Part shown: positions 1 to 10,076 of the stretch, one piece after another
Position numbering within the stretch: position 1 is the first letter of the stretch
Layout of the letters: the number at the start of each line of letters is the position of its first letter
From: an uncultured delta proteobacterium
GTDB lineage: Bacteria > Desulfobacterota > Desulfobacteria > Desulfobacterales > QNYZ01
Assembly: GCA_963845145.1 (NCBI GenBank)
Contig: CAWJQU010000005.1
Location: forward strand, 736,001-800,000
Length of the DNA: 64,000 nucleotides
Direction: 5' to 3'
The notes under the pieces: generated by a model
Told to the model about the DNA's origin: nothing
What the model saw: only the letters and a program-made list of their open reading frames with translations
Database searches by the model: none
Program-made: the position numbers and the translations under genes

Positions 1-56
1 AATAACGCATCAATATCTTGGCGGGATTCAACCGCGCCCCAAAAGGGAGGATAAAA

Positions 57-2471
57 GTGTCTCCGATCTACAGGAAAATTGAAATTTATTTCGAAAAGCT
101 TACCGCCGGGGTCTACCAGTGGAAGTGGGCCGCCATGGCGGTCATGGTATCAATCACGGTCGCGCTTGCCGTCCAAATTCCCAATATTCGTATTGATACG
201 CGTGATGAAAGTTTTTTCCATGATGACGATCCCGCCTTGATCGCCTACAACGATTTTCGAGACAGGTTCGGCCAGGACGATTTGTTTATTATCGCATTGA
301 AACCGGAAAAGGGTATGACCCCCAGATTTTTCGCCACCCTGCACGAATTGTTTTATGACCTAAAAGCGTCTGTCCCGTATCTCGATGACATAAATGCGCT
401 TGTAAACGGCCGGATTGTCCGCGCGGATGGGGATACCCTGCGGGTTGAAGCGTTAATGGAAACACCACCACAATCGGAGATAGAGATTAAACAGCTGATG
501 TCTCTGATGAATCGCTATCCCATGTTTGAAAATTTACTTATTTCCAAAGACCGTTCCCTAACGTCTATTTTGATTCGCGCTCAGGCGACCTTGGAAACAG
601 GGGAGGCCGATATTCTAGCGGGATTTGAAGAGACAACGGAACCCGCCACCCATTCGTATCAAAAATATCTGAGCAATGCTCAGAATGTGGAAATTGCCGA
701 TGCCATATATAAGGTAACTGAAAAATATGGGGATCGCGGTATTGCGTTTTACTATAGCGGTACCCCCGTATTCGTTGCTGAGTTTCAAAAGGCCCTGGAG
801 AAGGACCTGGGCAGGATGATCCCGCTCTCTTTTCTCATCATTATTTTGTTTCTTGCGATTCTTTTTCGAAGGATATCAGGGGTTGTCTATCCGGTGATTG
901 TCGTGATTTTGTCGCTTCTCTCCTGCCTGGGAATCATGGCCATGGCGGATATTGCCATTACCAACGTTATTCAAATCTTACCCATCTTTCTAGTTGTCGT
1001 GGGGATTGGGGATAGTGTTCATATTTTAACGCTGTTTTATCGCAACCTCAATAAAGGAGAAGCTAAAAAAGAAGCGATTATTCAGGCGGTTGGCACCGCC
1101 GGGTTACCGGTCTTGATGACCAGTGTGACAACCGCTCTGGGGCTTCTCTCTTTTGCTTGGGCGGATATCGCCGCCATTGCGCAACTGGGATATATCGCCC
1201 CGGTGGGGGTCATGCTGGCATTTCTTTATACCATTATTTTGCTACCGTCTTTAATTGCCATTTTTCCCAACAAACTGAAGGCCAGCGCCAACGGGAAAAA
1301 ACAACCGATCACGGACCGTCTTTTCAATGCCATCACCCTGTTGAGCACAGGCCGCCCCGTATCGGTTGCGATAGTCTCCACCATCATCCTGTTGCTCGCA
1401 GGGTATGGCGCCATGTCCATTCGTATATCGCACAATGCCATGACCTGGTTTCCCGAAAAAGCACCTTTCCGGTCAGCTACGGAAATGCTTAACCGTGTAA
1501 ATGGTGGAACGATTATGCTGGAAGTTCTTGTGGATACGGGAAAGGAGAACGGACTGCAAAATCCGGATTTTTTAAAACGTCTGGACGAGGCTGTGGGTTT
1601 TATACCTTCGATCAGGGAAAATGGTATTTCAGCGGGCAAAGCATGGGCCATTACCGATATACTTAAGGAGACCAACCGCGCGTTGAATGAGGACAAGGAT
1701 ACTGCGTATACCCTGCCGGATTCACGACGTCTCGTCGCCCAGGAGATGCTGTTGTTTGAGTCTTCCGGAAGCGATGATTTAAACGATGTCACGGATAGCA
1801 ACTATCAGACCGGTCGGCTGTCGATTCTCGCCCCTTTTGCCGATTCGATGCTATACGTAGACTATGTGGCCAGAGTAAAAACCTATCTCAACCAATTATT
1901 TCCCAATGAGAAGATAAAGCTCACCGGCCACATGTCTCTGTTTGTGAAGATAACGAAGAATTTCATTTTGAGTTTGGTGAAAAGCTACACCTTTGCCCTC
2001 ATTGTGATCACAGTGCTCATGGTCATCATGATTGGAAGGTTGAGGATCGGCCTCATGAGCATGATCGCCAATGTGGGGCCCATCGTTTGTATCTTTGGCA
2101 TCATGGGGGCACTGGATATTCCTCTGGACATGGCCACGATTTTAATCGGATCAATCGTGCTGGGGCTGGTGGTGGACGATACCATCCACTTTCTCCACCA
2201 TTTCAGGACCGCATTCGAAAAGACGGGGTGTGTGGAATCCGCCGTGAGGGAAACCCTCCACACCACCGGCAGGGCATTGCTGATCACCAGCCTGGTGCTA
2301 TGTGGCGGTTTTTTTATCTATACCACTTCTTATCTCGTCAACAATGCTCGGTTTGGACTGCTGGTGGGATGCGCGGTCATCCTTGCCTTAATCGCTGATT
2401 TTCTACTGATACCCGCCCTGTTGAGTTTGGCTTACGGCAAACAGCAACAGCCGGCGACCCAATCAGCGTAA
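57..2471 (+). CDS. MMPL/RND-superfamily membrane transporter
   Basis: Two repeats of TM + periplasmic domain + TM bundle; RND motifs GIGDSVH and GLVVDDTIHF; GGAGG at 46-50 favours GTG start at 57. Confidence 0.9.
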   Translation: MSPIYRKIEIYFEKLTAGVYQWKWAAMAVMVSITVALAVQIPNIRIDTRDESFFHDDDPALIAYNDFRDRFGQDDLFIIALKPEKGMTPRFFATLHELFYDLKASVPYLDDINALVNGRIVRADGDTLRVEALMETPPQSEIEIKQLMSLMNRYPMFENLLISKDRSLTSILIRAQATLETGEADILAGFEETTEPATHSYQKYLSNAQNVEIADAIYKVTEKYGDRGIAFYYSGTPVFVAEFQKALEKDLGRMIPLSFLIIILFLAILFRRISGVVYPVIVVILSLLSCLGIMAMADIAITNVIQILPIFLVVVGIGDSVHILTLFYRNLNKGEAKKEAIIQAVGTAGLPVLMTSVTTALGLLSFAWADIAAIAQLGYIAPVGVMLAFLYTIILLPSLIAIFPNKLKASANGKKQPITDRLFNAITLLSTGRPVSVAIVSTIILLLAGYGAMSIRISHNAMTWFPEKAPFRSATEMLNRVNGGTIMLEVLVDTGKENGLQNPDFLKRLDEAVGFIPSIRENGISAGKAWAITDILKETNRALNEDKDTAYTLPDSRRLVAQEMLLFESSGSDDLNDVTDSNYQTGRLSILAPFADSMLYVDYVARVKTYLNQLFPNEKIKLTGHMSLFVKITKNFILSLVKSYTFALIVITVLMVIMIGRLRIGLMSMIANVGPIVCIFGIMGALDIPLDMATILIGSIVLGLVVDDTIHFLHHFRTAFEKTGCVESAVRETLHTTGRALLITSLVLCGGFFIYTTSYLVNNARFGLLVGCAVILALIADFLLIPALLSLAYGKQQQPATQSA

Positions 2472-2636
2472 AAAACAAAGAGCTTATTTTAACCCATTAT
2501 TGGCAAACGGCAGCGAAAGCCACACCGCCATGATCACCGGAATTATCAAGTCCAAAATTATTAAATTTGAATCCTGTTTGGATTCTGATAGAAACCGGTG
2601 ATCGGCAACCATGCTCAAAACCATACAAAACAGAAA

Positions 2637-2843
2637 TCAGCCCCCTGCCGCCGTAGACCCCTCGCCGACTAAGGGCTTAAACATCTTTTTGGTGGCACCA
2701 CAGATCGGGCATTTCCAATCATCGGGCAATTCTTCAAACTTGGTACCCTTGGGAATTTTACCCTTTCGGTCACCCTTGTCGGGGTTGTACATATAGCCGC
2801 AATTGGTGGATTGACACTGCCAAATATCTTCCGGATTAGCCAT
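2637..2843 (-). CDS. Rubredoxin (C-x4-C first motif)
   Basis: [12 protein letters not shown]...[24 protein letters not shown]. Confidence 0.95.
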   Translation of the reverse strand: MANPEDIWQCQSTNCGYMYNPDKGDRKGKIPKGTKFEELPDDWKCPICGATKKMFKPLVGEGSTAAGG

Positions 2844-2948
2844 TCACTGCTCCTTCATTTAGGTAATATTGATAAAAAACAAACGGGCCATTTAAAAACG
2901 TCCATTGGAAACCCTTATCCGTTAATACACAATAAACGGGGTCGGCAA

Positions 2949-3383
2949 CTATTGTTTACAATCTCCAAGACGTGTCCCACTCAGCTTCTGGGTCATCGCC
3001 ATCCCCTGCACGCTCATCTCAAGGGTGCCGTTAAAGGTGTCTCCTGAGTAGACAATCTCACCCACGGCCTCGGCTTTGCCTTGCTCGGTATTACACTCCA
3101 TTCGCCAGGTCGCCGTATCACCGGTAAACTTTTGATCCACCATTTTGCAATCCTGGTTCGGCTGTGAACTGTCAGGCACGGCGTTTTCTTTGGTAATGCA
3201 CTGGGTATTGGTTATGGCCGGCATTTGCATGGGCATCCCCGCCATTTCAATTTTGACAGTGACCTCCCACAATCCATATTTGATATTTGGTTCCGAGCCG
3301 GCAAACGCCATTGAAAAAGCCACCGCCAGGATCATGCTAATAACACCCCAGCCCACTATCAATGAGTTCATTTTAATCCGCAT
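2949..3383 (-). CDS. Exported DUF3617-family protein
   Basis: Signal peptide, then GLWEVTV...TQCIT...C-terminal GTRLGDC; start chosen from GGGGAG RBS. Confidence 0.85.
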   Translation of the reverse strand: MRIKMNSLIVGWGVISMILAVAFSMAFAGSEPNIKYGLWEVTVKIEMAGMPMQMPAITNTQCITKENAVPDSSQPNQDCKMVDQKFTGDTATWRMECNTEQGKAEAVGEIVYSGDTFNGTLEMSVQGMAMTQKLSGTRLGDCKQ

Positions 3384-3413
3384 GATTATTCTCCCCATGT
3401 TTGTCATCCCTAT

Positions 3414-3442
3414 TTATTCTAACGGGTTATTCTAACGGGTTA
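3414..3442. repeat. Perfect 13-bp tandem duplication (TTATTCTAACGGG x2)
   Basis: Read directly. Confidence 0.85.
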
Positions 3443-3514
3443 CCCTCACTGGCTTGGCTGGAGTATTTCAAGCGATCCCATCGCTGTCAAGTCTGGAGAA
3501 TAATCAAATGAAGA

Positions 3515-3964
3515 TCAGCCATGGTCTTTGATACCAATATAGACGGCAGCCGTATCTGTACCGATATACGCTTCAAAATCACATATATATGATCTCTCAG
3601 GGGCATCATCATCTTGAAAATATTGCCAGATATCCTGCCACATCCGTTGTACGGTTTCAGGAAGCGGGCCGCTTTTTTCAAATCGAAGATAGGTGCCTGA
3701 GGGAACCGTTATTTCTGTTTTTTCTTCGGCGTTAAATTCGCCCTTAACACCGGCGGTGACATCGAATGCCCCATGCCAATCAGAAGCAAAATTAGAATAT
3801 ACACCATACCCCTGACCCGGGACAATACCGACTTGTTCGCATTTTGTAAAAAATTCCTGCCACAAATGACCGATTTTGGCCTTTTCCGGAATCATCTCGT
3901 CAGCATTGGTTGTTCTAACGGATATACCCTGGACTGAGAAACTTTCAACATTTACCCTTTTCAT
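3515..3964 (-). CDS. GyrI-like/Cass2 effector-binding protein
   Basis: GISVRTTNADE...IGHLWQEF...WQDIWQYF...DFEAY; AAGGAG before ATG at 3964. Confidence 0.9.
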   Translation of the reverse strand: MKRVNVESFSVQGISVRTTNADEMIPEKAKIGHLWQEFFTKCEQVGIVPGQGYGVYSNFASDWHGAFDVTAGVKGEFNAEEKTEITVPSGTYLRFEKSGPLPETVQRMWQDIWQYFQDDDAPERSYICDFEAYIGTDTAAVYIGIKDHG

Positions 3965-4039
3965 GATGGTCACTCCTTCGTGTTTACGTGATGATGAGGA
4001 CTCATTCCCCAACGATCACAACACTCTAAACCAGGCCTG

Positions 4040-4055
4040 TGACACCATTATGTCA
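4040..4055. promoter_or_regulatory. Palindrome TGACA-N6-TGTCA, putative WYL-regulator site
   Basis: tgaca ccatta tgtca overlapping the WYL gene stop, upstream of the GyrI-like gene. Confidence 0.7.
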
Positions 4056-4989
4056 GGTTGCTATATATTTTTTTTATTTCTTTACTTTTTTTATAAATTG
4101 CCTTGCGCCATCTTAGGGGAGAAACCACCTCCACCTCGCTACCAAAACTTAACAAAAACGAGAGTACCCATTTATCCTCGGGAATTGAAATCGTGGCGAT
4201 CATCGTACCATCAGGCTTCGTTTGTAACTGATCTTCGTTAAAAATCTCTTCAACCCGTATTTTTACTTTTTTCTTAAATTTCAGCACCAGATCCACGGAA
4301 GGCCGATGCTCTTGTTTGCCCACAAGAGCAATCGGGTCGACCTTGCGCCGTAAAAATCGCTCTGATTCATCGCGATAGTTGCGAATTCTCGAGAGGCGAA
4401 ATAACCTAAAATCATCACGAAGCCTGCAAAAAGCGAGCAAGTACCAATTAAACCCCTTGTAAATGAGGGTGTGCGGCTCAACCGTCCGCCGGCTTTCTTC
4501 ACCATCCGCGCTGGTGTAATCAAACACAATAAGAACTGAGCGGCTCACGGCAGCATGGATAAACTGCATGGTCTGCACATGCCTGCCGCCCATACTCCAG
4601 CCCGAGATATCAATAATAAATGAGTCGGAATGTTTTCGGTATAAGGCCTCTTTGTCATCAGGGATGAGTGCAACAATTTTTTCTATCACCCGATCGATGT
4701 CATCGTTATTAAGGGTCCTGTTCACCCCTTTCAATGTCGTGAGGATTGAAACCATATCATCGAAAGTCAATAATTGCCGGCTTAGTTTATAATTATCAGG
4801 GATACACAAACCACCTTCGTACCCTTGATAGGATATAACAGGGATGCCGGCGCCGTTGAGCGCCTGAATATCACGATAAATCGTCCTCACCGACACCTCA
4901 AACTTTTCAGCAAGTTCCCTTGCCGCGACACGCCTTCGGTTTAAAAGTAATACGGTTATGGCAAGCAACCTCTCTATTTTCATATCCAT
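4048..4989 (-). CDS. YafY-family HTH-WYL transcriptional regulator
   Basis: HTH (ARELAEKFEVSVRTIYRDI), WYL motif NWYLLAFC, FRLFRLSRI, WCX C-terminus. Confidence 0.95.
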   Translation of the reverse strand: MDMKIERLLAITVLLLNRRRVAARELAEKFEVSVRTIYRDIQALNGAGIPVISYQGYEGGLCIPDNYKLSRQLLTFDDMVSILTTLKGVNRTLNNDDIDRVIEKIVALIPDDKEALYRKHSDSFIIDISGWSMGGRHVQTMQFIHAAVSRSVLIVFDYTSADGEESRRTVEPHTLIYKGFNWYLLAFCRLRDDFRLFRLSRIRNYRDESERFLRRKVDPIALVGKQEHRPSVDLVLKFKKKVKIRVEEIFNEDQLQTKPDGTMIATISIPEDKWVLSFLLSFGSEVEVVSPLRWRKAIYKKSKEIKKIYSNLT

Positions 4990-5207
4990 ACCCTTTGAGT
5001 CATGATTCGCATAAACGACTTGTTATCCGCGCAACATATCCTCGAAAACCTTTAACCCGCAAAGCCAAGGCATGGCAGCTATGGTGGGATAGGTACAACC
5101 AATGCACACCACACACGGCACATCACCACACTTTGGATCATCGGATTAGTAAAAGACGTTGCTTGATAATGGATGAAAGGGGCGACAGAGCAATCTTGCA
5201 AGGAATG

Positions 5208-5247
5208 AAAAAACAGGCCGCCTGGCATCAAATTAAGCGGCCTGTTT
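5208..5247 (-). terminator. Intrinsic terminator of adk
   Basis: aaacaggccgc/gcggcctgttt inverted repeat with U-run on minus strand. Confidence 0.7.
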
Positions 5248-5271
5248 AGTGTTATCTACAGGTGAAAATGG

Positions 5272-5943
<672 letters not shown>

Positions 5944-5995
5944 CTACTTATAAAGTTATTGATATCGCTAAAATATGGTTAAAATTTGGCTTCTT

Positions 5996-6760
5996 CTATT
6001 TTTTATCATTCGACATGATTTTTTGGATCTCTGCCATCCTTGATTTAATGGCTGTATTGAGATCCGAAAGGGTTTTATTCTCGTTTTCCAGGGTTTCCAC
6101 TTTCCGGGCGAGCTCGGCGGCCTCGCCCAATTTCGCACGCAATTCGGCTATCTCCTTTTCGAGGGCCGCTTTCTGCCCGGTCAGGTTATCGTTGGCCGTT
6201 TCCATCGCCTTAACACTCTCTGCCAATCCTTCGTTGGTTTTGATTTTTTTCCTCAGTTTGGCAATTTCTTCTTCATAAACGGCCTTTTTTTCGAATAAAG
6301 ACTTATTCTTCGCTTCCAACCCGGCCATTTTTTTTGTCACCGTCAGCGCTTCTTTGGATTTAAGCGCGGCGATTTCAGCCACCAGCGCTTCTTTTTCTTG
6401 CACCAAAGTCTCATTCTCAGCCGTTAACAGATCAACGGACCCATCGCTGGTTTCAACCGGTGTGTCGTCGCCCGCTACCTCAACCTTACTCGTCAGGTCT
6501 TTTAGCTTGGCAGTCAGTTTGGCGTTTTTTTGCTCCATGTCGCCAACGTATCGGCTGGCTTCTTTTAGAAGCGATTTATAATCCGGCGGATCATCCCCGT
6601 CACCGCCGCAACCCGACAGGCCGGCCCCCATAAATAATGCAATCAACAATACAACCCCAACTGATATAAATCTGGCTGATATAAATTTGGCCGATATAAA
6701 TCCGACCGACAGAAATCCAATTGGGTTTCGGTCATATCGTTTTTGTGGATCTATCATCAT
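5996..6760 (-). CDS. Putative lipoprotein with long coiled coil
   Basis: Hydrophobic stretch ending in lipobox LSGC; heptad-rich body; start uncertain. Confidence 0.7.
   Translation of the reverse strand: MMIDPQKRYDRNPIGFLSVGFISAKFISARFISVGVVLLIALFMGAGLSGCGGDGDDPPDYKSLLKEASRYVGDMEQKNAKLTAKLKDLTSKVEVAGDDTPVETSDGSVDLLTAENETLVQEKEALVAEIAALKSKEALTVTKKMAGLEAKNKSLFEKKAVYEEEIAKLRKKIKTNEGLAESVKAMETANDNLTGQKAALEKEIAELRAKLGEAAELARKVETLENENKTLSDLNTAIKSRMAEIQKIMSNDKK
6662..6720. repeat. Imperfect 15-bp tandem repeat in lipoprotein N-terminus
   Basis: gatataaat units every 15 nt encoding FLSVG-FISAK-FISAR-FISVG. Confidence 0.7.
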
Positions 6761-6887
6761 TTTGCGCCCCCCTTTTTCACCCGAAATTTTTATGTTAACT
6801 CGCCTGTAATCATATCGCCCGCATTCTTTTTCAGCCACGCTATACCACTACCAAACGATCAGGAAGGTCGTGGACTAAACACCGCGA

Positions 6888-7247
6888 TTAGACATAGAAT
6901 TGTTGTTTTCGAGTCACCGTTGATTTAACAGCGTTTAAGGTTTCGGTCAAGGCGGCAATCACGTGCTCACGAATATCACCGGCCACCACCAGGTACATCA
7001 CCTCGTCACCCACGGATAAATCCCGGTCCTCGTCAATTTCCACTAAAATCTCCACGATTCCGGGCAGTTGCTTATTCTTGGAAACCACCGCCTCCAATTT
7101 TTCATGATCCACGGAAATCCGTATTCCGGAAACGCCGCGACCATCCCGGTCGGTGCCGCGAACAATGCCGCAATGACAAAGGATCATCCCCATTTGGTCG
7201 GCGTCGGGGCGTTGCTTAATTTGTTGAATCATTTTTTCAAGGTTCAT
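6888..7247 (-). CDS. moaE: MoaE-family molybdopterin synthase subunit
   Basis: GMILCHCGIVR...LVVAGDIREHV...LNAVK; downstream of mobA. Confidence 0.8.
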   Translation of the reverse strand: MNLEKMIQQIKQRPDADQMGMILCHCGIVRGTDRDGRGVSGIRISVDHEKLEAVVSKNKQLPGIVEILVEIDEDRDLSVGDEVMYLVVAGDIREHVIAALTETLNAVKSTVTRKQQFYV

Positions 7248-7275
7248 ATTACCCTCATTTATTCAAGATTATGGT

Positions 7276-7433
7276 TGATGAAATCGTAAAAAACATCAAA
7301 AGGGATGGCAAAGTATAAAGGTCAAGTTCAAGGCGTCGCGAATCCCGTGTGATGAGGCGTACTTATCGTACGCCGCAATCACGACGGGATGAAGCGCAAC
7401 GCAGTCCGCCACAGGCGGATTACGAAGCCATCA
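7276..7433. mobile_element. MITE-like element copy 1, TSD TGGT
   Basis: Imperfect terminal IRs tgatgaaatcgtaa/ttacgaagccatca; tggt at 7272-7275 and 7434-7437; near-identical to 34964-35124. Confidence 0.85.
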
Positions 7434-8031
7434 TGGTTGCGATCATCTGTTTGGCCGTATCCATATCGGCCGGACAATTGATATTGAAAAAGGAGATCAG
7501 ATCGGGGTCCACCCGGCGAAGCCGCTTTTCGGACACGGGGTGAATCCGCTTCTTGCCGAAAACCCGCTGGATTTTCATTTGATCACGCTTGACATGACTT
7601 TCCACCAGGGGCAGGTATTTTTTTGCATAGACGGCACACATCGGCTCCAACCCGGCCGAGGTGGCCGGCATGGTTGCTCCGGCCGATGGCAAATGAGCGT
7701 CAACAACGGTTTCAATCAATTTTGATTTCAAAAAAGGGGTATCACAGGCACATACGAAGATGTTATCGTGCCGTGCGTAAAACAGGCCCGTATGAATTCC
7801 CGTCAAGGATGCTCGAATGGAAAACAGGTCAGCGGCAATCAGGCAATCGAAATCGGCAAACAAAACCGGCTCGTTGGCGACAATCATCACCTCTTCGAAC
7901 AAATCGGAAAACATTTGGTAGAGCCGGTCGATAATGGTCAGGCCCGCCAATCGTATGAACGCCTTGTTTTGGCCGGGAAGGCGCGTATTTAATCCGCCGG
8001 CCAGAATAACCCCGGTGAGCGCTTTTTTCAT
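7420..8031 (-). CDS. mobA: Molybdenum cofactor guanylyltransferase
   Basis: GVILAGGLNTR...NKA, VCACDTPF, FFNINCPAD. Confidence 0.92.
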   Translation of the reverse strand: MKKALTGVILAGGLNTRLPGQNKAFIRLAGLTIIDRLYQMFSDLFEEVMIVANEPVLFADFDCLIAADLFSIRASLTGIHTGLFYARHDNIFVCACDTPFLKSKLIETVVDAHLPSAGATMPATSAGLEPMCAVYAKKYLPLVESHVKRDQMKIQRVFGKKRIHPVSEKRLRRVDPDLISFFNINCPADMDTAKQMIATMMAS

Positions 8032-8106
8032 CTATTCCTGATCGATATCCGCTTGATTAAGAGATATTTAATGCCATTCGAGCCTGATGGGTCAATCGCC
8101 CCACGA

Positions 8107-9150
8107 CTACACGTTGAACCTGAAATTGATAATATCGCCGTCTTGAACCAGATAGGTTTTTCCTTCCAGACGAACCAGCCCCTGTTTTCGGGCTTCCTTA
8201 TGGGCGCCGGTTTGCTTCAAATCATCATACGCCAGCACCTCCGCCCGAATAAAACCTTTTTGTATATCTGAATGAATGGCACCCGCCGCCTCAACCGCTG
8301 GTGTTTCTTTTTTGATCGTCCAGGCTTTTACCTCGTCTTCGCCAACGGTGAAAAAGGAGATTAACCCCACAATGGCGTACGACTGCTGGATGACCCGATC
8401 GGCGGCGGTTTCTTCAATCTGGAATTCTTTGAAAAACAGATCGGCTTCATCTTCATCCATTTGGGAAAGTTCCCGTTCCAATTGGCCTCGAATCGCCAGG
8501 CACTTCTCTTTGGTCATCGCTTCCGGAAGATCGGGAAGTCCCGGGTCTTCATCGGAATTGTTGAACAAGACCAGTACCGGTTTGGCCGTTAAAAAGGCAA
8601 ATCCTTTTAGCGATGGCGCAGACACAAGCTCCGGTTCTTCGCGCAGGGGAATTTCCTGCTCCAGGCTGGACTGACATCGCGACAACAGTTCGATTTCTTC
8701 GGGATTGGGTTTTTTCCCTCTTTTTTGGTCCTTTTTCAACCTTTCCAGGCGCTTTTCCACCACCATCAGGTCGGCGAGAATCATCTCTTCATCCAGGGCG
8801 TTTAAATCTCGATTCGGTACTGGCGCGTCCATGCCGTAAAGGGTGAAGTTTCGCAAAACGTGGATCAAGGCATCGCAATTCCGAATGCTTGTCCAGCTCC
8901 CCGAGACATCGTCCTCTTTTCGCCCGCTCTCTTCCTGGGTTCCCATGCCGGGCAGAAAATATTCCACCCTCGCATAAGCGGTTTTGCGCGGATTGTACAA
9001 TTCACTCAGGTGATCGACGCGCTCGTCCGGGACACGAATGGTTCCCACATGATCCTGATTTCTCTCTCCTGAAGGTACTTCGATACCGGTTAATGCTTCA
9101 AAAACAGCCTGTCTCCCGGCACCGGTCCGCCCGATAATTCCAAGTCGCAT
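8107..9150 (-). CDS. ychF: YchF/Obg-like protein with C-terminal TGS (DUF933) domain and degenerate P-loop
   Basis: VPDERVDHL, ISFFTVGEDEVKAWT, AAGAIHSDIQKGFIRAEV, YLVQDGDIINFRFNV. Confidence 0.85.
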   Translation of the reverse strand: MRLGIIGRTGAGRQAVFEALTGIEVPSGERNQDHVGTIRVPDERVDHLSELYNPRKTAYARVEYFLPGMGTQEESGRKEDDVSGSWTSIRNCDALIHVLRNFTLYGMDAPVPNRDLNALDEEMILADLMVVEKRLERLKKDQKRGKKPNPEEIELLSRCQSSLEQEIPLREEPELVSAPSLKGFAFLTAKPVLVLFNNSDEDPGLPDLPEAMTKEKCLAIRGQLERELSQMDEDEADLFFKEFQIEETAADRVIQQSYAIVGLISFFTVGEDEVKAWTIKKETPAVEAAGAIHSDIQKGFIRAEVLAYDDLKQTGAHKEARKQGLVRLEGKTYLVQDGDIINFRFNV

Positions 9151-9300
9151 ATTTAATCCTATTTTTAATACGGCCGTACTGTTTTAATGCGGCCGGACTG
9201 CGTGGTTAAAACTTGAGTATAGTGTCATCGGCACGAAATTTAAAGGATGCGACCCGGATTTGCAAGCCACATTCGAAAAGGAATAAGGGATGCGACAGGA

Positions 9301-9336
9301 AAAGGGATCGTCCTTCCTTGGAAAAACGATCCCTTT
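9301..9336 (-). terminator. Stem-loop after the 9383-9784 gene
   Basis: aaagggatcgt/acgatcccttt inverted repeat. Confidence 0.55.
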
Positions 9337-9382
9337 ATGGGAGGGGCTTGATAGGTTAGGGGGCGATACCTTTATATCGGTT

Positions 9383-9784
9383 CTATTGCGCTGCCACCCA
9401 AACGCGCTTTTCATCCCAGTATCCCGGACGATCGACCATTTCAATATAGCGACCCGGTATCCAGCGATTGCGTTGATTGTAGTGGCCTGGATTCCAGACT
9501 TGTCTATACGTGGGGGGTACCCATACTTGGCGAACTTCCCAGTGTCCGTGATAAGCCGGTGGTGGCGGTTCGTAACGATGATACGGCAACCGCGCTTCCA
9601 ACGGTGGCCGGCGGGCATGATCGTGCAGGGCTTTGCCGATCATTAAAGCCCCAATTCCGATGGCCGCCCCTTGCAACATATGGCGATTGCGGCGATGCCT
9701 TGATCCGGCGTTGGCGGAAGGAGCGATGAGGGCCAATCCAAGGATGGCGATGATTCCCATGGCTATGATTCGTGTTTTTTTCAT
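9383..9784 (-). CDS. Exported hypothetical protein (Gly-zipper-like helix, W-x-P-G-x-W/Y repeats)
   Basis: Signal peptide MKKTRII...SANA; GAAIGIGA; VWVPP, VWNPGHY, WIPGRY, PGYW. Confidence 0.8.
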   Translation of the reverse strand: MKKTRIIAMGIIAILGLALIAPSANAGSRHRRNRHMLQGAAIGIGALMIGKALHDHARRPPLEARLPYHRYEPPPPAYHGHWEVRQVWVPPTYRQVWNPGHYNQRNRWIPGRYIEMVDRPGYWDEKRVWVAAQ

Positions 9785-10076
9785 CTCAACCCCCTTTATT
9801 TTAATAAAATCTTGCTGCAAATAATTGTTTATGGGTGCCTTTTCGTTGTTTGTTTTTATTTGTTTAGACGCCCAAATGACCAATCGGTTTACATTTTGAG
9901 GAAAAAATATCACGCTTGCAAAAAAAACCATCCCCATTTATCTTAAGAAAACAAGAATTTACTACGGATAACCCATTAGTGAAAAAGATTACCGTATACC
10001 GCCTATAAACTTCTAAGCCCGGTTATCGTAAAAAAGTTGGAATACCTGGTGGGTGACCATAATTATGCCTTAATTC

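Noticed and set aside
2501..2545. ggcaaac...gaaa... resembling a c-di-GMP-I riboswitch start
   Set aside because: Lacks the GACGCAAAGC core and there is no downstream plus-strand gene
7349..7543. ORF MMRRTYRTPQSRR (also 34821-35150, 35073-35258 and the 35083 extension)
   Set aside because: Translations of the MITE, not genes
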